Shown: positions 1 through 11,138, numbered from the stretch's first letter. The stretch is DNA of 64,000 nucleotides from Thermoproteota archaeon (GCA_029258885.1 JAPDJW010000010.1:1-64000); one strand, 5' to 3'. Numbers and translations: made by a program. Notes: generated by a model from the sequence alone, not told the origin.

Positions 1-97
1 TCAAATTTTAATAGCTTTTCAATTTTCGATTAAATGAGAATAGAATTGAAAAAGAATTTAAATTTATAGATTAAATAAACGAATTTTAATTTTTTTC

Positions 98-2116
98 TTA
101 GTGATGTCCTCCGCTGCCTATGGGTAGTACTGTTACTTCTATGTGGCGGTGGTCAGCTTCTTTACCGTTGATATACAGTATTACTTCTATCTTCATCTTT
201 GAGGTCTTGTCGACCTGTGGTGCTGTTAGGCTGAACGATACTACTTCAACTGTTGAGGTCATCGTTCCTGTTATCGTCTTCTTGACTTCTCCATTCACCT
301 TAATCCTGATCTCATAGTCTACCTGTGCTAGGCTACTCGAAACTATCTGTACGGTTACCTGGAAGCTCTGGTTTGAGTTGACTACGGGTGGATAGCTTAC
401 CTGCCCTATCTCTAGCTCAGGCATCATCACGTGTACATTGAATGTCCTAGTTGTAGTCTTATTATCGTATGTGAGCACTATGGTGACTTTTACTACTCCC
501 GCTACTTCAGGAGCTGTTAGTGTCGCCAACACTTGCCTTAAACTATTACCTTCTATGGAGTCCTGCATCTCAAGAGCTAGCTCACCCTCAACTAGGATCT
601 TTACTGTAAAGGTTGTTGCATCGCTTCCCTCGTTTTCGACAACCATAGTTACTGTGAACGTTGAATTAGCTAGTACCGTCTTGTCGTAGCAGATCTCCCT
701 TATCTTAAGCCTGACATCTTCGCCCGTGGACTTTAGAATCTTAATATTAATTTTCTCGCTGTATACTATGGTATCGTTGTAGTATATGACTAGATACAGC
801 TTAAGCCCATGGCAGCAGGTCGCTTCAGGCGCTGTGAAGTTTAGTGTAACCGTACTGTTACCCCATGCTTCAAGCTCAAGCCCAGCGGATGCCAGTGTTT
901 CATTATCCTCAGTTACGAGTTTTACCGTCAAGTCTAGGCTTGAGTTAAAGTAGCTAACTACCCTGAAGCTTAGGGTTACGTTTGATCCCTCAACTACGGT
1001 GTGTGGATACGTTATGTCGGTGACATCTATTAGTGTCTCATTTCCAGCTAGCTTTCCTTTAAACTTATTCTTGAGCCTCTCAAGGTGCTCTTTAACCTGC
1101 TCCATCATCTCCTTGGTGTGGTTTGCCGATAGCCAAGGCTTATCTGGAATTAAACTCAATACCTTCTCCTTAACCTCAGTTAAGTGCTCTAACACTCTCT
1201 GTAGGTTACCTTTAACCATCTCCAACGCTGCGATAGCGACATCGCTGGCGTTAGTCTCCTTCAGGTGCTCAATTACCTCATCTATATGCTCTATAACCTT
1301 CTCGATATTCTCTATTCCATGCATAAGCTTCTCTTCAAGAAACTCCGTTAGGTTCTCAAATATCCTTATAGCTCCAGTTAAATTGCCAGCCGTAATCTGC
1401 TCCATTATTCTATCAGTGTAGTTATTAAGCATATAGCTATATTCTGTAATATTCTCCGAGAACTTCTCTACGTACTTGGCAACTATAGCCCTAACTCTAT
1501 TAGTTATGTTAAGCCTTATTCTCTCCCTAATCTCCTTAATCTTCTCCTCTATTTCCTCCTTAATTATCCCTGGATCGACATCTCCTCTCCTAATCCTCTC
1601 AATCTTCTCCTCAACGTAGGATAGTAGCTCAGTATCGTTTATTGAATCTGCTATCTCCCTTAACCTATCCAATATATCCGCAGTTATATTGGCTTTAGCC
1701 TTCTCCTTAGCCTCTTCAATCTTCTCCTCCACTATGGTTTTCAACTGGTTGCTAAGGTTCAGAAGCGTTAGGTATATTTCATAGCAGCTTGTCGTAATGT
1801 TCTCCAGGATATCTATGGCTTCATCGTATTCTCCGCTCATGTAGAGATTTACTGCCTCATTAATCATCAACCGCAGCTGCCCCAGTTTAGCCTCTATCTC
1901 GCCGGACACGTTCTGCGACAGAGACGACCTTATACTATAGAACGTCTCGTTAACGTAGGCTAATATTTGCTCGGCAGCATTGATTCTAACCTCAACGCTA
2001 GCTGCGTACTGATCCTTAGGTTGTGCTAGGGATATGCTTGGTATATATGCTATAGTTGAGATTATTACAAGTATTGCTAGCCCTAAAGCTCCAAACTCTA
2101 GACCTTTCGACTTCAT
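98..2116 (-). CDS. Secreted/surface protein: signal peptide, long alpha-helical region, about three C-terminal CARDB/Ig-like domains
   Basis: Track ORF 98..2233, but ATG at 2116 (MKSKGLEFGALGLAILV...) gives a signal peptide. Beta-rich repeats follow (YPHTVVEGSNVTL, YDKTVLANSTFTV, YPPVVNSNQSFQV). Many NxS/T sequons. Confidence 0.7.
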   Translation of the reverse strand: MKSKGLEFGALGLAILVIISTIAYIPSISLAQPKDQYAASVEVRINAAEQILAYVNETFYSIRSSLSQNVSGEIEAKLGQLRLMINEAVNLYMSGEYDEAIDILENITTSCYEIYLTLLNLSNQLKTIVEEKIEEAKEKAKANITADILDRLREIADSINDTELLSYVEEKIERIRRGDVDPGIIKEEIEEKIKEIRERIRLNITNRVRAIVAKYVEKFSENITEYSYMLNNYTDRIMEQITAGNLTGAIRIFENLTEFLEEKLMHGIENIEKVIEHIDEVIEHLKETNASDVAIAALEMVKGNLQRVLEHLTEVKEKVLSLIPDKPWLSANHTKEMMEQVKEHLERLKNKFKGKLAGNETLIDVTDITYPHTVVEGSNVTLSFRVVSYFNSSLDLTVKLVTEDNETLASAGLELEAWGNSTVTLNFTAPEATCCHGLKLYLVIYYNDTIVYSEKINIKILKSTGEDVRLKIREICYDKTVLANSTFTVTMVVENEGSDATTFTVKILVEGELALEMQDSIEGNSLRQVLATLTAPEVAGVVKVTIVLTYDNKTTTRTFNVHVMMPELEIGQVSYPPVVNSNQSFQVTVQIVSSSLAQVDYEIRIKVNGEVKKTITGTMTSTVEVVSFSLTAPQVDKTSKMKIEVILYINGKEADHRHIEVTVLPIGSGGHH

Positions 2117-2235
2117 CGCTTCAATCAATTTAATAGGGGGATTATAATAGTTATTTAACCGGTAAGTAGGGAAGGAAGTGGGAATAAAGCGGGAAAATGT
2201 AAGCAATATTAATGACATACAGGTATATCTCAACT

Positions 2236-3387
2236 ATGAGAGCAGTAATTATAGTGCTATTGATAATAGTTTCATCTTTTATAGCTGTCTTCTCGCAGCC
2301 AGTCTTCACCGAGGAGCAGATAGTGCTTGGAGTATATCTAAACGGAACGGTATCCGTCGTCCACTATATTCAAGTATCCGAAGATCAGGTTTTCATAGAT
2401 GTAAAGGCCTTAACCAAGCCGCTTGAACCCGTAATTGCTGCCGGTCAGTCCCTATATGATACAGAGGTAATAGAGGTTGATGGAACCTACTACATTAGAG
2501 TATATGCTCCAGATAAGGGAATCCTAACCATAAGCTACTTAACAAAGGACTTAGTTATTGAGGAAGGTCCAAGCCTCTATAAGTTATCCTTTAACTCAAC
2601 ATCGCCTGTTGTAGTTGTACTGGCCGAGGGGTTAGTGCCGTTTAAGGCTCCTAAGTCCGCGCTACTAAACATTACAGACGGAAAGTATATTGTATCCTTC
2701 CCGCAGGGGGCATATGAGCTACTGTACTACTGTATAGTTAAGCCACCAGTCTTCGTGGTTAAAGCAACTATTACTGACGTGGAGTATAAGGAGCAGGTGG
2801 GCTCAGGTGAAAACGTGGAGATTAAAGTATATGTACTGAATTCTGGAAATGGTACTGGAACAGTATTCGTTAAGTTGTTTAGGGATAATGTAGCGTTGGG
2901 TAGCGAGAGCGTAACCTTGGAGCCTAACGAAAGCAAGATGATATTGTTTAAGGTGAGTGCTCCATCCACGCTATTTAACGTAGAGAAGCTGAACCTAAGG
3001 ATCGAGTGTGGACACGACAGCGAGGTGGACGACACCAGATACATTACGATAAACGTGAATCCAGCAATAGGTTTCGAGATGCTAATACTGATAGTTGCAG
3101 TTATTCTAATTGCTACAGTCTCTGCACTACTCATTATAATGAGGAAGACCTCTAGGAAGCCGAGCGTATTAAGTGTTCCATTGACTGAACTAGACTATAT
3201 AATCGTGGATATGCTTAAGAAGGAGGACTACGTTCAAAGCAATCTAGTTAAAATTTTGAGGGAGAGGGGTGTTCCAACTTCAACAATATACAGGCACTTG
3301 GATAAGCTTGAAAAATACGGTATTATAAGGAGGGATAGGAGGGACGGTCTAGTAATAGTATCTTTAGTACAAGAGATAGAATTCTAA
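2236..3387 (+). CDS. Membrane-spanning protein with extracellular CARDB/Ig-like domain and C-terminal cytoplasmic winged-HTH (putative transcriptional regulator)
   Basis: Likely start MRAVIIVLL at 2236. Contains a CARDB-like segment (VYVLNSGNGTG...LEPNESK), a TM helix (MLILIVAVILIATVSALLIIM) and a wHTH (QSNLVKIL...TSTIYRHLDKLEKYGIIRR). Confidence 0.75.
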   Translation: MRAVIIVLLIIVSSFIAVFSQPVFTEEQIVLGVYLNGTVSVVHYIQVSEDQVFIDVKALTKPLEPVIAAGQSLYDTEVIEVDGTYYIRVYAPDKGILTISYLTKDLVIEEGPSLYKLSFNSTSPVVVVLAEGLVPFKAPKSALLNITDGKYIVSFPQGAYELLYYCIVKPPVFVVKATITDVEYKEQVGSGENVEIKVYVLNSGNGTGTVFVKLFRDNVALGSESVTLEPNESKMILFKVSAPSTLFNVEKLNLRIECGHDSEVDDTRYITINVNPAIGFEMLILIVAVILIATVSALLIIMRKTSRKPSVLSVPLTELDYIIVDMLKKEDYVQSNLVKILRERGVPTSTIYRHLDKLEKYGIIRRDRRDGLVIVSLVQEIEF

Positions 3388-3564
3388 ATATGCTTTGATA
3401 CAGCTCTCTTTAGCTTTCATTTCAACTACAGCTTTCAAATATTTCAAAATTATTACCATAAAAATAGACAGTTATAATATAAGAGTTTCGATTCAGTAAA
3501 GCCTTCTAATATAGTGGAAAGCTTCTCTAGAAATATTTAATTAACTTAAACTTTACATTTTATC

Positions 3565-5325
3565 GTGTTGCGTCGCCTACCTATAGCATTACTGCTATAT
3601 ATTTCCATTATTACAATCCTATCCTCACTAGACATACGTGCCTATGTTACGATTAGAAGGATCACCATATATCAGCCTCTAACCCTGAATTTCCCGCTAC
3701 CAGCTATAGTTATTCTGCTCCCCTTATCAATCATGTCTCTATATGCATTAAGTATACGTCAGAGAGTACTTTTCACAGTGCTTTTCATCCTAATACATGT
3801 ATCAGCATTTGTCTATAATGTTTACTGGATAGCTATACTGTTATCCATAGCTATTGTTATATTCCCTATTCTTAAGGATGTAGATATTCTCAGAGAGTTA
3901 ATTGTCTTATGTATATTTCTACATGGATTATTGTCGGCATATTCTCTTATAATGTACATAATTTATGGTGTAACTGATGGATCCATATATTCAAATGGGG
4001 GGTGGGCTCCGGCTATAGTCAGGATGTACCTATATTACTATCTACAGGGGGTTTACCTGCCATTAATGCTTATAATACCTTACCTTACGCTTACCTCTAT
4101 TTACATGTATTATAATAATTATAAGGATTTATTACAGATTAAGGGGCTTCATATTAAATTATCGAAGAAGAAGTTTTTCTCTCTAATTCCTTTCGCATTT
4201 ACCGAAAAAATTTTAGGTAATAATAGAAATGTAAATTTGGTGCTTTATCTATCAATATTAATTTCGCTGGTATCGTCTATTTATCCGATACTTCCTACAA
4301 TAAATCCTGGATTCAATCCCGTAGGAGTGGATGTGAAATATTTCTATAAGCCATGGATTGAGAAGGTCCTATCAGGAGATCCCCTTATTATGTCTTTTAG
4401 GGTGGCTGAGGGTTCAAGGCCCCTCTATATGCTCATTCTATACCTTCTGATAAACATGGGTTTCAGTGTGGAGGAGGTATTAAACTGCATTATTATCCCT
4501 CTCCTACCTATGCTGGTGTTTTCGGTCTACTATATGGTCTACAGGATTAGTGGCAGAAAGGATTTAGCAGCATTATCCAGCTTCTTTACAGCCACAGGCT
4601 ATCAGGTTACTGTCGGAATATACTCGGCTTTCCACGCAAGCATCCTGGCATTATCTCTAATGTATGTGTTTCTAGGCATAGTTATTGATGGATGGCGTAG
4701 CAAGCGTGAAAAGATGCTGGCCCTCCTGATAGTGTTTGTAGCCAATTTAATTCATCCATGGACTGTCGTCCACTCCTTTGCTGTAGCATTCATCTACCTA
4801 GTGTTGCTTTTCCTCTATAACATGAAGTACAGGGACATGCTATATAGGTTGCTGCTATCTATAGTGCCTCTAGCTCTATCTGAGCTAATTAAGGCGTATT
4901 TTAAAAGCTACGGTGTTATAGGTGCTTCATATAGTGTGATTAGAGGTGGCGACATAAGTTTAGATAATGTCTGGAGGTTTGTCGGGGAAATGCATTACGC
5001 TACAACCCGGCTTTATGGCGGCTTTATAGATTTCCCGCTCCTAATTTTAGTCTTCATCTGTATACCGTTTATAGTCTTCTTTAAGCGGACTGGAATATTC
5101 TCCTATTCATGGCTTGCCTCAGCCATAGTTCTCATGTTTTCGAACAGTGTTGCCCAGACTAGGATATATTTTAATATCCCGATAGGTTTGCTCTCGGCTC
5201 AGTCTGTCATAATCCTCAGCAATATTTTATACCTGAAAAAGAGGATGTTTCTCCTATCAATTATGCTTATATCGCTTGAGTACCTATTTAGGTGTCTAGC
5301 TAACCTAGGGTATCTTACATGGTAA
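3565..5325 (+). CDS. Polytopic membrane protein in glycosylation locus (GT-C-like, unassigned)
   Basis: 586 aa with many hydrophobic helices and a GVDVKYFY loop resembling a GT-C first luminal loop; overlaps the start of the GT2 gene. Confidence 0.55.
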   Translation: MLRRLPIALLLYISIITILSSLDIRAYVTIRRITIYQPLTLNFPLPAIVILLPLSIMSLYALSIRQRVLFTVLFILIHVSAFVYNVYWIAILLSIAIVIFPILKDVDILRELIVLCIFLHGLLSAYSLIMYIIYGVTDGSIYSNGGWAPAIVRMYLYYYLQGVYLPLMLIIPYLTLTSIYMYYNNYKDLLQIKGLHIKLSKKKFFSLIPFAFTEKILGNNRNVNLVLYLSILISLVSSIYPILPTINPGFNPVGVDVKYFYKPWIEKVLSGDPLIMSFRVAEGSRPLYMLILYLLINMGFSVEEVLNCIIIPLLPMLVFSVYYMVYRISGRKDLAALSSFFTATGYQVTVGIYSAFHASILALSLMYVFLGIVIDGWRSKREKMLALLIVFVANLIHPWTVVHSFAVAFIYLVLLFLYNMKYRDMLYRLLLSIVPLALSELIKAYFKSYGVIGASYSVIRGGDISLDNVWRFVGEMHYATTRLYGGFIDFPLLILVFICIPFIVFFKRTGIFSYSWLASAIVLMFSNSVAQTRIYFNIPIGLLSAQSVIILSNILYLKKRMFLLSIMLISLEYLFRCLANLGYLTW

Positions 5326-6032
5326 TCCAAAAGATTTCAGTGATACTTCCAGCCTATAATTTAGGCAGTATTATTCAGGCAAATATATCTAAGGTCATCA
5401 GCTACTTGAATCGTTTAAAGCTTAGATACGAGGTTATAGTCGTTGACGACTGTAGCATGGATGATACCTATTTAAAGGCAAAGCAGCTTGAGAAAGTTTA
5501 TGGAGATAGGCTTAGGGTCATAAGAAACTCGGTAAATATAGGTAAGGGCTACTCGATGTACATAGGCTTTAATCACTGTAGTGGTAATGTCGTAATTCTA
5601 CTGGATGCAGATCTAGATATACCTCCGCAGCAGATAGGCTATATGCTAAGATTCATTAATAGGGCTGATATAGTTATAACCGATAAATGGCATAGGGAAT
5701 CTAGAGTTGATGCAAGGCTTATCAGAAAGATGCTGAGCAGAATCTTTAACTTATACGTTAAGCTATTTACAGGCCTAAATATATCTGATACTCAAACTGG
5801 GGCGAAGGCTTTTAAAAGAATAGTACTAGAGAAATCTTTAAGATACGTTGCAACCAAAAGGTACTGTTTCGACGTTGAACTACTATTAGTGGCTAAGAAG
5901 CTTGGATTTAACATTGTGAGTGTTCCATCGATATCGGTGATTAAATTGAGATCTCCCTTTAAGGTTCGAGATGCATTCATGATGCTACTAGACCTACTAT
6001 TCATAACTTTTAGACATAGAATTCTGCATTAG
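5319..6032 (+). CDS. GT2 glycosyltransferase (dolichol-phosphate mannosyltransferase-like)
   Basis: Motifs ISVILPAYN, VVDDCSMD, GKG, LDADLD, DTQTGAKAF, FDVELL. Confidence 0.9.
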   Translation: MVIQKISVILPAYNLGSIIQANISKVISYLNRLKLRYEVIVVDDCSMDDTYLKAKQLEKVYGDRLRVIRNSVNIGKGYSMYIGFNHCSGNVVILLDADLDIPPQQIGYMLRFINRADIVITDKWHRESRVDARLIRKMLSRIFNLYVKLFTGLNISDTQTGAKAFKRIVLEKSLRYVATKRYCFDVELLLVAKKLGFNIVSVPSISVIKLRSPFKVRDAFMMLLDLLFITFRHRILH

Positions 6033-7135
6033 GATGTTACGTCAAGTAAAAGCCTATTCCAGGTACGAATAACCTCTTTCCAAGACCATTTCTCCGTATA
6101 GGCCTGTGCTCTACGTGAAATCTTATCCCTTAATTCATGGTTCCGTAGTAGAAGCATGATTGTATTAGCTAGACCATTTATATCACCCATATCAACGAGC
6201 AGCGCGCCAGTATCATTAGCTAAATCCACTAATCCACGTGTCCTATAGGCTATAACAGGCGTTCCGCAGATAGTTGCATCTAAGCCAGCTATACCGTACC
6301 CCTCGCCGTAGCTCGTATATATGAAGAGCCAGCTACTAGATAACAGTTCTATCTTCTCCTCCTCGGAAATCCTTCCTTTAATTTCAACAACTCCATCCAA
6401 GCCAAGCCTTAGCGCCATCTGTTTAAGCTTCCTCAAATATTTCGGCCACCCTCTTCCAGCAATAACGTGCTTATACCCTTCCACCTTTAAGGAGACCAGG
6501 CGTGCAGCAAGTATCTGATCCTCAATACGTTTATATGGAACTACTCTACCGATATAGCATGTCTGCGGATTCTCCGCCTTATCGATGACTTTAGGCTTAC
6601 GTATGGATGGAGCAGGCTTAACTATAGAAACCCTATTCCCATCAACTATTCCCTCAATAGATCTCCTAGAGCTCTCCGAAACAGTTACAACTACACGAGC
6701 CTTCCTATATGGACTGAGCAGTAGTGGTTCAAGCATGTATCCTGCTAAGGCTATGGGTGGAGGTGTATGGTAAAACCATGCTTTCCCAGCAAGCTGGTGG
6801 ATAAACATTATTATTGTCTCACGCACGTATAATGGAGTTAGAAACGGAATAGTGTTTACCTCATCCACTACAACATCCACCTTACCTTTAAAATACTTAA
6901 GGTATTTCATGTATGCCTTCGAGTACACCGTAAACTTATTGCCGCATCTAACGACTGTGTACCCAGAAATATTTTCCACTGTAGGTAGCCCTGGAACGCT
7001 GCTTGTTAAGAGGAATACTTCATGGCCGAGCTTAGAGAGTCCACTTAAAAGCATGTGCGTATATATCTCTGCGCCCCCAGCCTCAGGGTTCCTAATACAT
7101 CTCCAGTTTAGGCAGAGTATCCTTAAACTCTCCAC
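6029..7135 (-). CDS. GT4 glycosyltransferase
   Basis: Motifs NPEAGGAE, YIGRVVPYKR, EGYGIAGLDA, G.PVIA. Confidence 0.9.
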   Translation of the reverse strand: MESLRILCLNWRCIRNPEAGGAEIYTHMLLSGLSKLGHEVFLLTSSVPGLPTVENISGYTVVRCGNKFTVYSKAYMKYLKYFKGKVDVVVDEVNTIPFLTPLYVRETIIMFIHQLAGKAWFYHTPPPIALAGYMLEPLLLSPYRKARVVVTVSESSRRSIEGIVDGNRVSIVKPAPSIRKPKVIDKAENPQTCYIGRVVPYKRIEDQILAARLVSLKVEGYKHVIAGRGWPKYLRKLKQMALRLGLDGVVEIKGRISEEEKIELLSSSWLFIYTSYGEGYGIAGLDATICGTPVIAYRTRGLVDLANDTGALLVDMGDINGLANTIMLLLRNHELRDKISRRAQAYTEKWSWKEVIRTWNRLLLDVTS

Positions 7136-7190
7136 GCTCTAGTCCTCCATTAAATTTATAATTTAAAATTAATTCATTAAAATTGCTCCT

Positions 7191-8318
7191 GTGGTACATA
7201 TGAATATAGTTATTATATGCAATGGATGGCCGGGCGATATTCTTGGAGGCGGAGAAAACCATATAATAAATGTCTCTAAGTACTGGAGTAAAAGGGCTAG
7301 AGTTTACCTACTTGCACCATTTTTCGCTGGAAGGATAATTGGGGATGAAAAACTGAATCTTATCCTATATCCTGATATCCTTTATGAATACAGTGAGCCG
7401 CCAATACTCTACCTCAGATATATCTACAGGATTTTATCCTCCCTCAAAACTATTTTTAAATATAACATTAAAGCCGACTACGTGATTTCGACAACAAATC
7501 ACCTATACGATATTATACCTGCATTAATCTACAGCTTTATTAAACGTTCAAAGCTAGTGTTCTACGTCCATTCCCTAATAAACATCAGGCTCAGGCATGG
7601 AATATTAGATTTCCTGAGAAGCCTCGTAGCGTATATTACTCAAATACTCGGATTATTTCTGGGGGAACTATATTCACACAGAATCTTCGTTATAAATCCA
7701 CTAATTAAAAGGATTATACATAAGAAATCATACCTTACATGGAATGGAGTAGATCCCATTGATAGGTTTGGAGCCCTGGAAAAGGTGTGGGATTTCTGCT
7801 ATATTGGGAGACTTGATAAAACAAAAGGTATTGAAACACTACTGGAGGCTTGGAAGATAGCTAATATGAAAGGATTAAAAATGAAGCTAGTACTTGTCGG
7901 CGGAGGGGGGCTGTATAAGTTAATTAACGCCTTAATAAGAAGTGGAAACATTAGGCATGTATGTTTAGTTGGACCACTATATGGACGCAGGAAGTATAGG
8001 GTATTGCGTCAAAGCAGGTTCTTAGTAAATTTAAGCGAGAGTGAAACATTTTCAACCGTCATATTAGAGGCGCTAGCTCTAGGAGTTCCTGTCATAGCTA
8101 GAAATTTGCCTATACTTAAGGCCATATACGGCGACATGCTTATCTATGTAGACGATATATCGCCCGAGGGACTAGCTAAGTATTTAATGGAGAAGATTAG
8201 GGAATATGAGAGTATAGCTGAAAAGGTTTCAAGCAGCTCCAGTTTACTAGCCCGAAGATACAGTTGGGAGAAAATCGCCTCATACGAATTAAAGGTGATA
8301 GTAGGTGGAGAAAACTAA
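7191..8318 (+). CDS. GT4 glycosyltransferase
   Basis: Motifs GGGENH, YIGRLDKTKG, ETFSTVILEALALGVPVIA; alternative start MNIVII at 7200. Confidence 0.9.
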   Translation: MVHMNIVIICNGWPGDILGGGENHIINVSKYWSKRARVYLLAPFFAGRIIGDEKLNLILYPDILYEYSEPPILYLRYIYRILSSLKTIFKYNIKADYVISTTNHLYDIIPALIYSFIKRSKLVFYVHSLINIRLRHGILDFLRSLVAYITQILGLFLGELYSHRIFVINPLIKRIIHKKSYLTWNGVDPIDRFGALEKVWDFCYIGRLDKTKGIETLLEAWKIANMKGLKMKLVLVGGGGLYKLINALIRSGNIRHVCLVGPLYGRRKYRVLRQSRFLVNLSESETFSTVILEALALGVPVIARNLPILKAIYGDMLIYVDDISPEGLAKYLMEKIREYESIAEKVSSSSSLLARRYSWEKIASYELKVIVGGEN

Positions 8319-10335
8319 AGTAATAATACTACTACTTTTAACCATATCGTATTCACTTTCGCCCTTAATACCTATTTGCATTATAAGGACAATATTTTTG
8401 ATAGCTGGTTTCTTTCTAGTTGGTTTTCTAACAGTCCTACTTTTATTAGATAGAATTAACGTTTCAAGCTTCACTGAAGTATACGTTTTATCGTACGCAT
8501 TTGGAGTATTAATAGTCGAGTCCATGATTCTTATACTAGGTTTCCTTAAACTCCTCCACGTAGCTGTGCCGGTAATATCGCTGATCTCGGCTGTACTGCT
8601 CTTTATATTAAGAAACAGGGAATTTAATCTGCCTTCAGTAGGCAGAAGAGATTTGACCATAATCCTCTATTCTCTAGCTATATTTGTAGTAAATACCTTA
8701 ACACTGAACCACAACATAGTACATTTACCCGATGAATACCAGTATATCTATGTTGCAAGAAATATGATTACCAGCAGCATACTATGTATGAACAACTACC
8801 CAATAACGCCACCTTGGCCTATAATTAGGCCAGCATACCATTTAGTTAACGTATATATTTTAACTTACAACGATATATGCTTCTATCCCAGCCAAATATA
8901 CTCAACATTCATACATTCAATGATTGTTCCAGCAACTTATATCCTAGTATCACAGCTAGGCTACGGCAACCCAGCCTTAGCTAGCCTGTTCATAGGCGTA
9001 AACCCGATAATGATATGGCACAGCAGGAAGGTACTTTCAGACATAACGTATACATTCTACTTTATAATAACGCTATATTTCTTCCTAAAAATATTCAATA
9101 AAGACATGAATAAAAATGCACTAACATTCTTCTTCACATTCTACACACTCGCCTTCTTCACGAAAATAAGCTTAGTTCTAGCGATACCCCCATTTATCTA
9201 CTACTCCATAATAAAGTCATATAAGAAGTACCTTACAAAAAACGTATTATTCTTCGTTATACCCTTAATCGTACTAAGTGAACTATACCTATCAGTTATC
9301 GCCACGCCACGAAATCCTACGGAAGCACCAGCATCTACCCCATCATGGAGTAAATCTATGCTGATGCAATTCCTCGAACCATTTACATACTCACTAGATG
9401 AATGGCACTATTTTCTATTTGAGGACTGGGGTAGAGCTCATGGAACATTCGTATTCCCATACTATTATTCGCATGCAGTGGCACTATTGATACTAGCTGG
9501 ATTCATAAGGTTCATCGTAAAGATGGATAAAAATAGATTCTTCATAGTTTTCTTAACTGGAATGTTCATCTGGTACTTCTCAACGAGATTTGGAATAGGA
9601 GAGGCCAGAATGGTTTTCCCGATATACCCGATATTGATGATGTTTGCGTCTTCAATGCTAAGCCCTATTAAAGGCAAATATGTATTTGCTCTCCTATTGC
9701 TGGCGCCCTTTATGCTACCTTATCCAGGTGAATCGGAAAATGTCTTTATTATTCAAGGCATCTCGCAAGATTGTATTATGATATCCAAAATACTGGGGCT
9801 AATTACTCTCATTTTAATAATTCTAAACTCATATCTTCATAAGGTAATAAAGATAGTCTTCTCTAACAAAATTTCATTGACATATTCATTAAATATAGTC
9901 TACTGCATCATACTAGTAGTCATAGCTATATCCTCATTACATACCGCCAACTGTATACTATTTAAGCAGCTGTTCCCTGAAAACTCGCCTATTCTAGATA
10001 CGGGAATACCGGATGTCGCTACGTATCTTATGAATAGTAATTTAACGAAAGGTGTTATTACAAACGTATTCTTTGAGCTACCCTACTACATGAACTATAC
10101 AGAAATATATAGAATACCTAGAAATGAAACCATATTCAAAGAAATGTTAAAAAATGGAACAATTAAAGTGATTGTTCTCTCTAAGTATAAGTACTATAAT
10201 TATAGGTTACTTCTCATATATAACTACCTCGAAAATTATATCTATAAAAACAGAGGCTTCTTTGAATTAGTATATAGTGATGATGGTAGAAAGACGCTCG
10301 TATATGTCGTTAGATATTCCGATTCTAAAAATTAA
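8305..10335 (+). CDS. GT-C superfamily membrane glycosyltransferase (PMT/ArnT-like, GT39-like)
   Basis: 676 aa, multiple TM helices, PDEYQY luminal motif, LSDI..TF, FTK and E.RM..PIYP segments typical of ArnT/PMT-like proteins. Confidence 0.7.
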   Translation: MEKTKVIILLLLTISYSLSPLIPICIIRTIFLIAGFFLVGFLTVLLLLDRINVSSFTEVYVLSYAFGVLIVESMILILGFLKLLHVAVPVISLISAVLLFILRNREFNLPSVGRRDLTIILYSLAIFVVNTLTLNHNIVHLPDEYQYIYVARNMITSSILCMNNYPITPPWPIIRPAYHLVNVYILTYNDICFYPSQIYSTFIHSMIVPATYILVSQLGYGNPALASLFIGVNPIMIWHSRKVLSDITYTFYFIITLYFFLKIFNKDMNKNALTFFFTFYTLAFFTKISLVLAIPPFIYYSIIKSYKKYLTKNVLFFVIPLIVLSELYLSVIATPRNPTEAPASTPSWSKSMLMQFLEPFTYSLDEWHYFLFEDWGRAHGTFVFPYYYSHAVALLILAGFIRFIVKMDKNRFFIVFLTGMFIWYFSTRFGIGEARMVFPIYPILMMFASSMLSPIKGKYVFALLLLAPFMLPYPGESENVFIIQGISQDCIMISKILGLITLILIILNSYLHKVIKIVFSNKISLTYSLNIVYCIILVVIAISSLHTANCILFKQLFPENSPILDTGIPDVATYLMNSNLTKGVITNVFFELPYYMNYTEIYRIPRNETIFKEMLKNGTIKVIVLSKYKYYNYRLLLIYNYLENYIYKNRGFFELVYSDDGRKTLVYVVRYSDSKN

Positions 10336-10664
10336 TAATCTACTATAATTGTCCGAATTTCAGTTAATTTATATATATATATAGCATAAATACCGGTTTT
10401 CTGTTTTATTCTTTAAAGCTTAGTCTACTTTAGTAATGCTGTTAAAGCATGTAAAAGTCTGATGATCCTATTGTGGAATATTGAAAATCAAATAGCATAT
10501 ATAGAAAAGCTATTTTACAAGTTTATGTATAGTGGTACTTCAGCATACATGTATCATTAGTTGTTCGAAGAATTAGAGTTGAAAAACATACGTATATTAG
10601 TAGAATTCATATTTATTTAATTAGGGAAACATTTTTATAGTTAAAAGATTTAAATAAAAACACT

Positions 10665-11138
10665 GTGGAGGTGGAGTGTTTGAAAAAGGTATTTGTATTG
10701 TTATTGATAACATTTGCCCTAATAGCTTTAGTACCTGCTATAAAGCTTACGGCACAGACAAAGCCCATAGTAATAGTAAGCGTTCAAACACAGGATCTAA
10801 ACGGTAATCCGAAGGATACATTTGCTCGTGGCGATACGGTGGTTGTAAGCGTTAAAATTAGATCACAAGTAGAATATTACTACGGCTCCGTAACGTACTT
10901 GTTAATTATAGAAGATCAAGCGCCGGACTACACAATACCTGGATTAGGCTTCATAATGGATACAATTGATCCAGGTGCAGAGAAAAGCGTGGGGTGCGGT
11001 TTCAGGCTTCCATACGATACACCAACTGGAACACACACAATATACGTATTCATTTGGAATGGATGGCCTTCAGTAATGGGCCCAGACTGGGCGGAACTAG
11101 CTGATCCTGCTAGTGTTACGATAACAGTTACGGGGTGA
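10665..11138 (+). CDS. Secreted protein with single MG2/Ig-like domain
   Basis: Signal peptide; motifs F.RGDTVVV and FRLPYDTPTGTHTIYV. Confidence 0.65.
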   Translation: MEVECLKKVFVLLLITFALIALVPAIKLTAQTKPIVIVSVQTQDLNGNPKDTFARGDTVVVSVKIRSQVEYYYGSVTYLLIIEDQAPDYTIPGLGFIMDTIDPGAEKSVGCGFRLPYDTPTGTHTIYVFIWNGWPSVMGPDWAELADPASVTITVTG

